A DNA stretch of 64,000 nucleotides from an uncultured Candidatus Rokubacteria bacterium (GTDB taxonomy: Bacteria > Methylomirabilota > Methylomirabilia > Rokubacteriales > DASRDR01): contig CAWGVS010000006.1 in NCBI GenBank assembly GCA_963826115.1, positions 576,001 to 640,000 on the forward strand, given 5' to 3'. The stretch's first letter is position 1. Every line of letters begins with the position of its first letter. A program made the translations under genes and the position numbers. Below are positions 49,750 through 59,268 of the stretch, piece after piece. The notes below the pieces were generated by a model. It was not told where the DNA came from and did not search any database. It saw only the letters and a list, made by a program, of their open reading frames with translations.

Positions 49750-51183
49750 ATGTCCGTGGAGCCCGCGGGAGAGGCGCCGGTCCAGCCGGGCGACGGGCCG
49801 CCCCGCCTGAACCCGTGGGTCACGGGCGTCGCGCTCGTCCTCCTCGCGGCCCTGGCCGTCCTCCTCTTCTGGCCTGCCCACGGGCTCGACACTCTCGACC
49901 ATCCGGAGGAGTCGCTCGAGCGCGTCGTCTCGCGCGACATGGACTTCCGGGCGGCCGCCGTCGCGGCGCCCGCCTGGGAGCGCCGGCTCTTCGCGCTGGC
50001 GTTCTCCCCCGACGCGGCCGCGCGGGCCGACGCCATCGCCTGGTACGAGGAGCTCGCCGGGACGGACGTGTCGCCGCTCGTCCAGCTCAACCGGATCGTC
50101 CTGCTCGTCGAGGACGGCCAGGCGGAGGCCGCCCGCGCCGCGCTGTCCGCGTGGGCGCCGACGGACGACTGGGGCCGGCGGCTCGGCCAGTGGGCGCACG
50201 CCGCGTACGGCGCGGAGCCCCCGCCGCCCGAGGAGCTCCGCGCCGCGCTCGACGCGACGCGCCGGGACCTGCCGCCCGGCTGGTTCGCCGACCGCCTCAC
50301 GGTCCGGCTCGCCGAGCGCGGCGGTGACGCCGCGGCGGCCGCCGAGGCGGAGCGCGCGACCCAGCGGCGCGGGGCCCGGCTCGTGTGGCGCCTCCGTGCG
50401 ATCCTGGCGAGCGAGACGCTCCTCGTCGGGCTCGGGCTGGTCGCGCTCGTCGCGTGGCTCGGCGCCCCGGGCGGGCGCGCCGCGCGCGTCGCGGACGCGC
50501 CCGTGCCGCCGGGGTGGCGGCTCGCCGAGGGTGTCGGGCTCTTCGCGCGCGGCGCCGTCGGACTGGTCGGCGTGGCGATCGTGTGGCCGATCCTGCCGGA
50601 CCGCTCGTGGTCGACGCTCGTCGTCTCGGTGCTCCAGACGATCCCGCTCGGGGCCTACCTCTTCTGGTACTGCCGCCGCTCGTGGTCGGTCTTCGCGGAG
50701 ACGTTCGGGCTTGCGGTGGCGCGCGCGCGGTGGCCCACGCTCGCCCGGGCGACCGTCGGCCTCGCCGGCGTGTCGACCCTGGCCGACGTGCTGATCGAGC
50801 TCGGCGGGACGCGGCTCGGCGTCGGGACGCACTGGGCCGACGGCTTCCAGGAGCGCCTCGTCTGGGGCACGCCGGGCCAGGTCTGGGCGGACGTCGTGGA
50901 CAGCTGCGTGTTCGCGCCGGTCCTCGAGGAGATCCTGTTCCGCGGCGTGCTCTACGCGACCCTCCGGCTCCGCCTCGGGCCGGCGCCGGCCACCCTCGCG
51001 AGCGCCACGCTCTTCGCGCTGGCGCACGGTTACGGCGTCGTCGGGTTCGCCTCGGTCCTGGGGAGCGGCATCCTCTGGGCCGTCGCGTACGAGCGGACCC
51101 GCAGCCTCTGGCCCGGCATGCTGGCGCACGCGGCGAGCAACGTCCAGGCGACGGCGATCGTCCTCGCGACCCTCCGCTTCTAG
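49750..51183 (+). CDS. CPBP (CAAX/Abi) intramembrane protease with N-terminal extracytoplasmic helical domain
   Basis: EEILFRG, FALAH, HAASN motifs. Confidence 0.88.
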   Translation: MSVEPAGEAPVQPGDGPPRLNPWVTGVALVLLAALAVLLFWPAHGLDTLDHPEESLERVVSRDMDFRAAAVAAPAWERRLFALAFSPDAAARADAIAWYEELAGTDVSPLVQLNRIVLLVEDGQAEAARAALSAWAPTDDWGRRLGQWAHAAYGAEPPPPEELRAALDATRRDLPPGWFADRLTVRLAERGGDAAAAAEAERATQRRGARLVWRLRAILASETLLVGLGLVALVAWLGAPGGRAARVADAPVPPGWRLAEGVGLFARGAVGLVGVAIVWPILPDRSWSTLVVSVLQTIPLGAYLFWYCRRSWSVFAETFGLAVARARWPTLARATVGLAGVSTLADVLIELGGTRLGVGTHWADGFQERLVWGTPGQVWADVVDSCVFAPVLEEILFRGVLYATLRLRLGPAPATLASATLFALAHGYGVVGFASVLGSGILWAVAYERTRSLWPGMLAHAASNVQATAIVLATLRF

Positions 51184-52853
51184 CCCGGGGCCCCGTCGGT
51201 CTCTCCGCGGGGCCGGCCGCGGCGGGCGATGTGGAGGTGCAGGATCTTGCCGGAGGCCGCCGGGAGCGGCGGCCGCCGCTCCACGCGGACGACCTTTGCG
51301 TCGCTCCACACCGCGCCCATGATGCGCGCGGCCCCCGACCCGGCCCCGATCGCCGCGAGGAACGTCTCGGCGACCTGGGCGGCGTCCAGCGGCCCGACGG
51401 CGGGATGGACGAGGAGCCGCACGACCGGCTCGCCGGTGGCCGTCTCGTCCTCGACGAGCTGGTAGTCGGTGGGACCGCCGCCGAAGCGCTGGGGCAGCGC
51501 GCGCTCCAGCACGCCCACGACGTCCACGTCGTGGAAGGTCATGCCGGCCGCCGTGAGCTTCTCGTGGCTCAGCACGCCCTCGAGGTGGGTCGTCCAGCCG
51601 AGGCGCTCGAGCGGGCAGCCGCACGCCCGCGGGCGGAGCGCGGCCTGGTCGCCCATGGAGAGGTTCAGCATCACGAGCGGGGTGGCCCGCCGGAGCGAGG
51701 TCACCAGGAGCGAGGCGCTGTCCGCCGGCTGCACGATGGCGTGGAGGTCGTGGAAGACGTGCATGTCGTCCGCGGACTCGGGCGCGAGGCATCCCCACGC
51801 CAGCGGCCCCGTCTCCATCGAGCCGTACCGCGCGGTGGCCTGCGCGCCGCTCCGCCGGATCGCCGCCAGCTTGGCGTCGGTCACCGGCTCGCCGGAGACG
51901 GTGAAGCGCGCGCCGCGGAGCTCGATGCCGGCGTCGACCGCGGCCTGGCAGGCGCGGACCGCCGAGCTGGGCAGCGTCCGGATCCACGGCGTGCCGCCGC
52001 GGCGGAGCACCGCGGCCATCCAGCGCGCGACGGGCAGGGGGGCGTCGAGCGGCGCGTGAACGGGACCCGGCAGGGGCGTGCCGGCCACGAGGCTCGCCCC
52101 GCGAACCAGCCGGTGACTCCACCGATAGCGCGGGTGAAGGCCGGGATCGGACGGGTCGACCTGGGTGAACCAGCGCGCGACCCGCGTCCCGAAGCTGCTG
52201 AGCTTCAGCATGCGATAGAGGGCCGCTCCCCCGGGCACGGCCCATGCCGCCTTCACCCAGTCGGACCCGCCGGCCGCGTCGACGGCGAGACACGTGTTGA
52301 CGCCGTGGTCGCGGATGAACGCGAGGTCCATCAGCAAGGTAGTTTCGAGTCCGCGGCTCCCGCTGCTCGCCACGGGGACGTGCCGCGCCGCCAGCGGGTT
52401 CAGCAGCATGCCGGGCTCGGGCTCCACCGTGAGGCTGCCGCGGACGACGGGCCGCCGGCCCTTGGCCTCGTCGACCGTGAGGCGGACTCCCGAGTCCAGG
52501 AGCTGCCGGAGCGCCGCCTCCAGACCGTCCCGGCGGACGAGGCGCTCGAGGTCGCCGAGCTCGCAGCCCGCGTGACGCAAGAGCCGGAGGTAGACGCTGG
52601 CCGGGTAGCCGTAGATCGCGTCGCGCGCGAGCGCGAGGAAGTCCGCTTCCCGGCGCTCGAGCCGCCGCGCGAGCTCCCGCCGCGCGTCACTCAGGGTGAG
52701 CGGCCGGCGGAGGAAGCGCGCGACGGGTCCCGCGAGCCCCGCGGCGACGCGCAGGTCGTATCCGATCCCGTGGCGGCCGAGTGGGTGGCGCAGCGCTCCC
52801 TCCGACCCCGGGCGTGGACCAGCAGGGGACCACGGCGACCGGGCCCCCGTCAA
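51180..52853 (-). CDS. Divergent adenylate-forming enzyme (PaaK/F390 synthetase-like)
   Basis: SSGSRG P-loop-like, SGE, YGSMETG, MGD, CGC, C-terminal SGK; start uncertain. Confidence 0.7.
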   Translation of the reverse strand: MTGARSPWSPAGPRPGSEGALRHPLGRHGIGYDLRVAAGLAGPVARFLRRPLTLSDARRELARRLERREADFLALARDAIYGYPASVYLRLLRHAGCELGDLERLVRRDGLEAALRQLLDSGVRLTVDEAKGRRPVVRGSLTVEPEPGMLLNPLAARHVPVASSGSRGLETTLLMDLAFIRDHGVNTCLAVDAAGGSDWVKAAWAVPGGAALYRMLKLSSFGTRVARWFTQVDPSDPGLHPRYRWSHRLVRGASLVAGTPLPGPVHAPLDAPLPVARWMAAVLRRGGTPWIRTLPSSAVRACQAAVDAGIELRGARFTVSGEPVTDAKLAAIRRSGAQATARYGSMETGPLAWGCLAPESADDMHVFHDLHAIVQPADSASLLVTSLRRATPLVMLNLSMGDQAALRPRACGCPLERLGWTTHLEGVLSHEKLTAAGMTFHDVDVVGVLERALPQRFGGGPTDYQLVEDETATGEPVVRLLVHPAVGPLDAAQVAETFLAAIGAGSGAARIMGAVWSDAKVVRVERRPPLPAASGKILHLHIARRGRPRGETDGAPG

Positions 52854-52855
52854 CC

Positions 52856-53908
52856 TCAGCAGCGCGGGCAGACGGGCCCGGGCGGCGCGCGCCCGCCGAG
52901 CTCCCGCTGTACGAACGTCTCCGAGAGGGCGAACGGTTGGCGCGCGTGGAGCGCCGTCTGGCTCACGGCGGCTGCGAGGACGAGCAGCGCCGTCGCCAGC
53001 ACAAGACGCGGGCCGGCCGTCGCGGCCGGATCGATCCCGCGCTCGGCCGGCGCCTGTCGCGGGCTCCGGTAGACGACGCCGTACGCCACCGCGGCCAGAG
53101 CGACGCCCGCGAGGACGTCGAGCAGGTAGTGCTCACCGAGCGCGACGGCCGCCAAGCTCACGAGCGCGAGGTAGAGGCCGAAGGGCCACGCCGACGCGCC
53201 GAGACGCCCGGCGGCGACCAGGAGGACGAGGGCGGGGAAGGCCGCGTGGAGGGACGGCATGGCGGCCACCGGATTCGTGTCGAACGTCTTCCGGAGCCCC
53301 GGCGCAGCGCGGCCGTACACGTCGTCGACGACGCGGCGGACCGGCGGGATCGCTCCGAGGTCCGCCGCCATCCAGGGCGGCACGGTCGGCAGGACGACGT
53401 GGCTCGCTAGGCCGAGGGCCATCAGGAGGAGCATGGCGGCGGCGAAGTGGCTGAAGGCATCGCGGCGGAGGAGCCAGAGCCCGAGGCCGAACAGGAGGAA
53501 CGACACGAAGTGGGACGCGTGCACGGCGACCAGGACGGGCGCGAGCGGAGCCGGCGCGTGTGGGCCCAGCACGAGCGGCTGCAGACGCGTGGGCGCCGTC
53601 TCGCCCACGAGGAGCGCCCGCTCGAGGCGGATCACATAGCTCATGTAGAGCGGGAGCCCGAGCGTCGTGACCGCGGCGAACACGCCGGCCCGGAGGCTGT
53701 CGAACAGGACCACGCCGGCCAGGAAGACCGCCCAGTCGCGAACGAACTCCCCGAGCCGTCGCGCGACGAGGGCCGCCAGGAACAGCGCGGCGAGGAGCGC
53801 CTTGACGCCGAGGCCATAGGGACCCAGGACGGCGAACACGAGCACGCCGCCCGCGTAGAGGAGGAGCGGGCCGACCGGGAGCGCGCCGCCGCGGCGGTCG
53901 CCGATCAT
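52856..53908 (-). CDS. PAP2 superfamily, Aur1/Ipt1-like membrane phosphotransferase
   Basis: PTVPPWM, NPVAAMPSLHAA, GEHYLLD. Confidence 0.85.
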   Translation of the reverse strand: MIGDRRGGALPVGPLLLYAGGVLVFAVLGPYGLGVKALLAALFLAALVARRLGEFVRDWAVFLAGVVLFDSLRAGVFAAVTTLGLPLYMSYVIRLERALLVGETAPTRLQPLVLGPHAPAPLAPVLVAVHASHFVSFLLFGLGLWLLRRDAFSHFAAAMLLLMALGLASHVVLPTVPPWMAADLGAIPPVRRVVDDVYGRAAPGLRKTFDTNPVAAMPSLHAAFPALVLLVAAGRLGASAWPFGLYLALVSLAAVALGEHYLLDVLAGVALAAVAYGVVYRSPRQAPAERGIDPAATAGPRLVLATALLVLAAAVSQTALHARQPFALSETFVQRELGGRAPPGPVCPRC

Positions 53909-54088
53909 GCCGCGCGTCCGGCGCCCGTCCGCGGGGCTCGTCTTCTCACCGGCCGATCATGTCGCCCCGGCCGGGCGGAGGCAATGGCCGACGATGGCCT
54001 TGAGGGGCCTACCGGCGCGGGGTAAGATGACGCCCGTGCCGCCGCGACACGGCGGCGCCCGCCCGCGCACACAGGAGACGCTCGCGCC

Positions 54089-54781
54089 ATGGCCATGCCT
54101 CGCTCCCGTCGGGTCCCGACCCGGCCCGTTTCCGCGCCGGAGCTCTGCGCCCGCTACGGCCGGCTCTACGTGGCCGCGATCACGGACGTCCTCGACCACC
54201 TGGGGAAGACGCGGCAGACGCTGCCCCACGACATCGTCGGGCTCACGCCCGGGACCCGCGTCGCGGGCCTCGCGTTCCCGGCGGCCGGCCGGCCCACGCG
54301 GACGCCGGACCCCGAGCGCGCCATCCGCGCCTTCCTGACGCTCCTCGGCGCGGTGCCGCGGGACGCCGTCCTGGTGGTCAAGTCGAACGACCGGGAGTCG
54401 GCCCACTTCGGCGAGCTCTCCGCGGTGGCCATGAAGGCCAAGGGCGTCCGCGGCGTGGTGATCGACGGGGCGACGCGCGACGCCGAGTACATCCTGAAGG
54501 AGCGGTTCCCCGTGTTCTGCCGGTACCGGACGCCGCTCGACTCGTTGCCGCGCTGGCGCGCGACGGAGTGGGGCCGTCCGGTGACGATCGGCGGGGTCCG
54601 GGTCGCGCCGGGCGACGTGGTGGTGGGCGACCTCGACGGGGTGGCGGTGGTGCCGAACGCGCTGGCGCTGCCCGTGCTGCTCGAGTGCGAGCGGCTGCTG
54701 TCGACCGAGAACCGGGTCCGCGACGCCGTCCGGAAAGGGATGGCGCCGCTCGCGGCGTACGAGAAGTTCGGCGTGTTCTAG
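54089..54781 (+). CDS. RraA/HMG-aldolase family protein
   Basis: AITDVLD, FGELS, IDGATRD, GDVVVGDLDG. Confidence 0.9.
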   Translation: MAMPRSRRVPTRPVSAPELCARYGRLYVAAITDVLDHLGKTRQTLPHDIVGLTPGTRVAGLAFPAAGRPTRTPDPERAIRAFLTLLGAVPRDAVLVVKSNDRESAHFGELSAVAMKAKGVRGVVIDGATRDAEYILKERFPVFCRYRTPLDSLPRWRATEWGRPVTIGGVRVAPGDVVVGDLDGVAVVPNALALPVLLECERLLSTENRVRDAVRKGMAPLAAYEKFGVF

Positions 54782-54795
54782 CGGAGGACGAGACG

Positions 54796-55971
54796 ATGAT
54801 GGAGTTGATGATCGCAGAGTCGATGGGACGCCTGGGCACCGAGACCGCCTTCGAGGTGCTGGCGCGGGCGCGCGCGCTCGAGCGCCAGGGCAAGAACGTC
54901 GTGCACCTCGAGATCGGCGAGCCGGACTACGACACGCCGGCGCACATCCGCGAGGCGGCCAAGCGGGCCCTCGACGCGGGCGCGACCCACTACGGGCCCT
55001 CCGCCGGGCTGCCCGAGCTCCGGGAGGCGATCGCCGAGCACATCGAGAAGACCCGCGGCGTGCCGGTCGAGCCGGACGAGGTCGTGGTGACGCCGGGCGC
55101 CAAGCCCATCATGTACTTCGTGATCATGGCGCTCACGAACCCGGGCGACGAGGTCGTCTACCCGAATCCCGGGTTTCCCATCTACGAATCGGTCATCAAC
55201 TTCGTGGGCGGGAAGCCGGTGCCGATCCCGCTCCTCGAGGAGACCGGTTTCGGCTTCGACCTGAAGGAGCTCGAGAAGCGGGTCTCCAAGAAGACCAAGC
55301 TCATCATCATCAACTCTCCCGAGAACCCGACGGGCGGCGTGCTGAGCCCCGAGGACGTCGGCCGGATCGCGGACCTCGCGCGTCACTACCGGGTGCCGGT
55401 GCTGTCGGACGAGATCTACCGGCGCTTCATGTACGACGGCGAGTTTGCCTCGATCGCGAGCCTCCCGGGCATGAAGCCCCAGACGATCATCCTGGACGGC
55501 TTCTCGAAGTCCTACGCGATGACCGGGTGGCGCCTCGGCTTCGGCGTGATGCCGAAGGTGCTCGCCGAGCACCTCACGCGCCTCATGACCAACTCCGTGT
55601 CCTGCACGGCGACGTTCATCCAGCACGCCGGCATCGCCGCGCTGCGGGGCGACGACACGCCGGTGCAGACGATGGTGGAGGAGTTCCGCCACCGGCGCGA
55701 CCTGATCGTCGACGGGCTCAACCGGATCCCGGGCGTCAGCTGCAAGCGGCCGCGCGGCGCGTTCTATGTGTTCCCCAACGTCAAGTCCTTCGAGCGGCCG
55801 TCCAAGGAGATCGCCACCCACCTCCTCGAGAACGCGGGCGTGGCGGTGCTCGGCGGGACCGCCTTCGGCCAGTTCGGCGAGGGGTACCTCCGGCTCTCGT
55901 ACGCGGCCTCGCGCGACACCATCAAGGAAGCGCTCGCGCGCATGGAGCGCGGGCTCGCCAGCCTTCGCTGA
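54796..55971 (+). CDS. Class I/II PLP aminotransferase (AspC-like)
   Basis: GEPD, NSPENPTG, SDEIY, GFSKSYAMTGWRLG; SD GGAGG. Confidence 0.95.
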   Translation: MMELMIAESMGRLGTETAFEVLARARALERQGKNVVHLEIGEPDYDTPAHIREAAKRALDAGATHYGPSAGLPELREAIAEHIEKTRGVPVEPDEVVVTPGAKPIMYFVIMALTNPGDEVVYPNPGFPIYESVINFVGGKPVPIPLLEETGFGFDLKELEKRVSKKTKLIIINSPENPTGGVLSPEDVGRIADLARHYRVPVLSDEIYRRFMYDGEFASIASLPGMKPQTIILDGFSKSYAMTGWRLGFGVMPKVLAEHLTRLMTNSVSCTATFIQHAGIAALRGDDTPVQTMVEEFRHRRDLIVDGLNRIPGVSCKRPRGAFYVFPNVKSFERPSKEIATHLLENAGVAVLGGTAFGQFGEGYLRLSYAASRDTIKEALARMERGLASLR

Positions 55972-55980
55972 GGGAATGCC

Positions 55981-56661
55981 ATGGCGATCCTGACGGAGCG
56001 GGACCGCGCGGCGGTCCGCGGCGAGCTCCAGAAGCTCGCGGGCCCGGTCAAGCTGGTCGTGTTCTCGACGCAGCTCGGCGCGTCGGAGTACTGTCTGGAG
56101 ACGGAGCGGCTGGTCAAGGAGGTCGCGGAGTGCTCCGACCTGGTCACCGTGGAGATCCTGAACCTCCACATCGACCGGGAGCGAGCCGAGGCCTACGGCG
56201 TGGACCGCGTGCCCGCCATCGTGGTCGAGGGCGCGCGCGACTACGGGATCCGCTTCGTCGGCATCCCGATGGGCTACGAGTTCACGAACCTGATCGACTC
56301 GATGATCACCGCCTCATCCGGGACGCCGTCCCTCAGCGCCGAGACGCTCGAGCGCCTCGCCGGCCTCAAGGAGCGGGTCCACATCCAGGTCTTCTCCACC
56401 CCCACCTGACCCCACTGCCCCCGGGCCGTGCGCCTGGCGCATCACCTCGCGGTGGCCTCGGAGTGGATCCGCGGCGACTGCGTGGAGGCGACCGAGTTCC
56501 CCGACCTGGCCCAGCGCTACAGCGTCATGGCCGTGCCGAAGACCGTGGTCAACGACCGCGTGTCGTTCGAGGGCGCCGTGCCCGAGGCCGAGTTCGTCGA
56601 CGCGGTCCTCCGCGCGGTGGGCGCGCCGGACGCGGGCGGCGAGAACGAGGAGCCGCGATGA
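55981..56661 (+). CDS. Protein-disulfide oxidoreductase (AhpF-NTD/PDO-like, two thioredoxin folds), probable selenoprotein with Sec143 (TGA 56407-56409)
   Basis: One continuous frame ...FSTPT-TGA-PHCPRAV...YSVMAVPKTVVND...FEGAVPE; TGA aligns to the first Cys of the CPxC site; 226 codons. Confidence 0.85.
56412..56455 (+). promoter_or_regulatory. Putative bacterial SECIS hairpin immediately 3' of the UGA
   Basis: CCACUGC (56412-18) pairs with GCGGUGG (56449-55); apical GUGCGC-CUG-GCGCAU (56428-42), loop about 25 nt after the UGA. Confidence 0.5.
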
Positions 56662-56735
56662 CCTGGGAGCAGGCGCTCGCCGCCCTGGCGATCGGCGCCG
56701 TCGTCGTGCTCCTCTGGCGCCGGGGCCTCGGCTGA
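56658..56735 (+). CDS. Small single-TM peptide MTWEQALAALAIGAVVVLLWRRGLG* (possible readthrough to TAG 56819)
   Basis: ATGA overlap with the PDO stop, GAGGAG SD, hydrophobic helix followed by RR. Confidence 0.6.
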   Translation: MTWEQALAALAIGAVVVLLWRRGLG

Positions 56736-56842
56736 CGCCCGCCCCCGGGCCCCGGCGGGGCGCCCACGTCGTCGGCCGACCGGCAGAGCGGCCCGACCGA
56801 CCCCGCACCCCGCCGCTAGGTCGCCGGCGCCCCCGGGCGGGC

Positions 56843-57382
56843 TCAGCCGCCCGCGAGGAACGCCGGGTCGACGCGGATCTCGTGGAGGAACGTGATCGCC
56901 CCGGCCGGATCGCGCTCGACGAGGCGGACGAGGTCGGGCGCTTCCCAGAAGACGTACGCCGGGCGCGGCACCGCGTACGCGACCGCGTGGCCGTCGCGCA
57001 CGCGCACCACCCGGAGCACCGGGCTCCCGCCTGACGCGAGGTAGGCGTAGAAGCGGCCGTCGTTGCGCGCGGCGGCGGGCCGCGGGATCCCGTCGAACAC
57101 CTGGACGAGGCGGCGGTCCTCCCGGACCAGCCACGTCTCGTAGCCGCGGTCCGCGCCCACCGGCTCGGCCCGGCTCGGGTGCGGCCCCATCTCGCGGGCG
57201 GTCTCGCCGGCGATCCGGAGCGGCGTGCGCACGCGGTACGTGCGCACGCGGTAGTCGGCGCCCACCGGGAGGTCGAAGGACGCGCGCGTGTACACGTCGC
57301 AGGACGTGGCGGCGGCGGCCGCCACCGCCACGACGGCGAGGCCGGCGAAGAGGAGTGGCCGGGTGATCCCCAATCGGCGCAT
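56843..57382 (-). CDS. Hypothetical exported protein
   Basis: 179-aa ORF with signal-like N-terminus and GC3 bias. Confidence 0.65.
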   Translation of the reverse strand: MRRLGITRPLLFAGLAVVAVAAAAATSCDVYTRASFDLPVGADYRVRTYRVRTPLRIAGETAREMGPHPSRAEPVGADRGYETWLVREDRRLVQVFDGIPRPAAARNDGRFYAYLASGGSPVLRVVRVRDGHAVAYAVPRPAYVFWEAPDLVRLVERDPAGAITFLHEIRVDPAFLAGG

Positions 57383-57437
57383 CGGGCCCGGTGCGCGGAG
57401 CGCGCCCGGCCCGGTCGGTCGCGAGCCTACGGTCGGG

Positions 57438-59193
57438 TCAGCGGGCGCGAAGCCGGCTGCCGAGCGCCTCCCACTCCGCGCGGATGCCGCGGGGCAGGCG
57501 GTCCCCGAACTTCTGGAAGAACTCGGCCTGGTTCCGGTGGTTGCCCTGCCAGCCCTCGCGGTCCACGGCGAGGAGCTCCGCCATCGCGCCGGGCGGGAGG
57601 TCGAGGCCGTGCGTCGGGATCGCGCCCGGCGCGGGGCGGTAGCCGATCGACGTCTCCTCGGCCTTGCCGCCGTCGCGGCAGCGCTCGATGATCCACTCGA
57701 GGACGCGGAGGTTCTCGCCGAAGCCCGGCCAGAGGAACCGTCCCGCCGCGTCCCGCCGGAACCAGTTGATGCGGAAGATCTTCGGCGGGCGCGTGAGCCG
57801 CTGTCCCACCTCGAGCCAGTGCCCCCAGTAGTCGGCCATGTTGTAGCCGCAGAAGGGGAGCATGGCCATCGGATCGCGGCGCACGACGCCGACGGCGCCG
57901 GTCGCCGCGGCGGTGGTCTCCGACGCGAGCGTCGCGCCCAGGAACGTCCCGTGCTGCCAGTTGAAGGACTGGAACACGAGCGGGATCAGCGCGCGCCGGC
58001 GCGCGCCGAAGAGGATCGCGCTGATCGGCACGCCCTGGGGCGCCTGCCACTCGGGCGAGAGGGTCGGGCAGCGCGTCGCGGGGACCGTGAATCGGCTGTT
58101 CGGGTGGGCGGCGGCCTCCCCGCTCTGGGGCGTCCAGGGCCGGCCGCGCCAGTCGATCGCGGACGCGGGCGCGGGGTCGTCGTGGCCTTCCCACCACACC
58201 GTGTTGTCGGGGCGGAGCGCGACGTTCGTGTAGATCGTGTCCCGGCGGATCGTCTCGGTGGCGTTCCGGTTGGTGTGGGAGTTGGTCCCCGGCACCACGC
58301 CGAAGAAGCCGTTCTCCGGATTGACCGCCCAGAGGCGGCCGTCGGGGCCGGGCCGGAGCCACGCGATGTCCTCGCCGACGGTGTGGATCTTCCAGCCCTT
58401 CATGGACGGCGGCGGCGTCAGCATCGCCAGGTTCGTCTTGCCGCACGCGCTCGGGAACGCGCCGCAGACGTAGGTGATCTCGCCGTCCGGGCTCTCGATG
58501 CCGACGATCAGCATGTGCTCGGCGAGCCAGCCCTCGCGGCGGCCGACGGAGCCGGCGATCCGGAGCGACATGCACTTCTTGGAGAGGAGCGCGTTGCCGC
58601 CGTAGCCGGAGCCCACGCTCCAGATCGTTTGCTCCTCCGGGAAGTGGCAGATGAAGCGGCGCTCGACGTCGAGGTCGGCCGTCGAGTGAAGCCCGCGCGT
58701 GAAGTCGCCGGAGGCGCCCAGGTGGTCGAGGGCGACCTGCCCCATCCGCGTCATGATCCGCATGTTGAGGACGACGTACCGGCTGTCCGTGACCTGGACG
58801 CCCACGCGGCTGAACGACGAGCCGGGCGGTCCCATCAGGAAGGGGATGACGTACATCGTGCGGCCGGCCATGGAGCCGTCGAGGATCTTCCCGAGCCGGT
58901 CGTAGCCGTCCGCCGGCGACATCCAGTTGTTCGTGGGGCCGGCGTCGTCCTTGTCGCGGGAGCAGATGAAGGTGAGGTGCTCGGTCCGGGCGACGTCGTT
59001 GGCGGCGCTCCGGTGGAGGTAGGAGCCGGGCAGACGGTGGCTGGTCGAGAGGCAGGAGCTCCGCGTCGCGGACAGCCGCCTCGGTCAGGCGCTCCCGCTC
59101 CGCGTCGGAGCCGTCGCACCAGACGACGTCGTCGGGCCGGCAGAGCCGCACGGCGTCGTCCACCCACCGACGGACAGCCTCGTTCCCGCCCAT
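57438..59193 (-). CDS. pckG: Phosphoenolpyruvate carboxykinase (GTP), single-base frameshift near 59040
   Basis: WCDGS in the first frame; DVARTE, GPTNNW, GSGYGGN, WLAEHM, AFPSACGKTN, NPENGFFG, RRDPMAMLPF in the second. Confidence 0.92.
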
Positions 59194-59268
59194 GCTGACT
59201 GGGATTACGGTAGCGCGACCCCTGGCCCGGGGTCAATCGTTCGCGGCTTGGGGTAGGATGAAGCCACC

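Noticed and set aside
56428-56661. Independent 77-aa glutaredoxin-like gene starting at GTG 56428
   Set aside because: It has no SD and would lack its redox motif, which lies upstream across the in-frame TGA; better explained as the C-terminal part of the Sec protein
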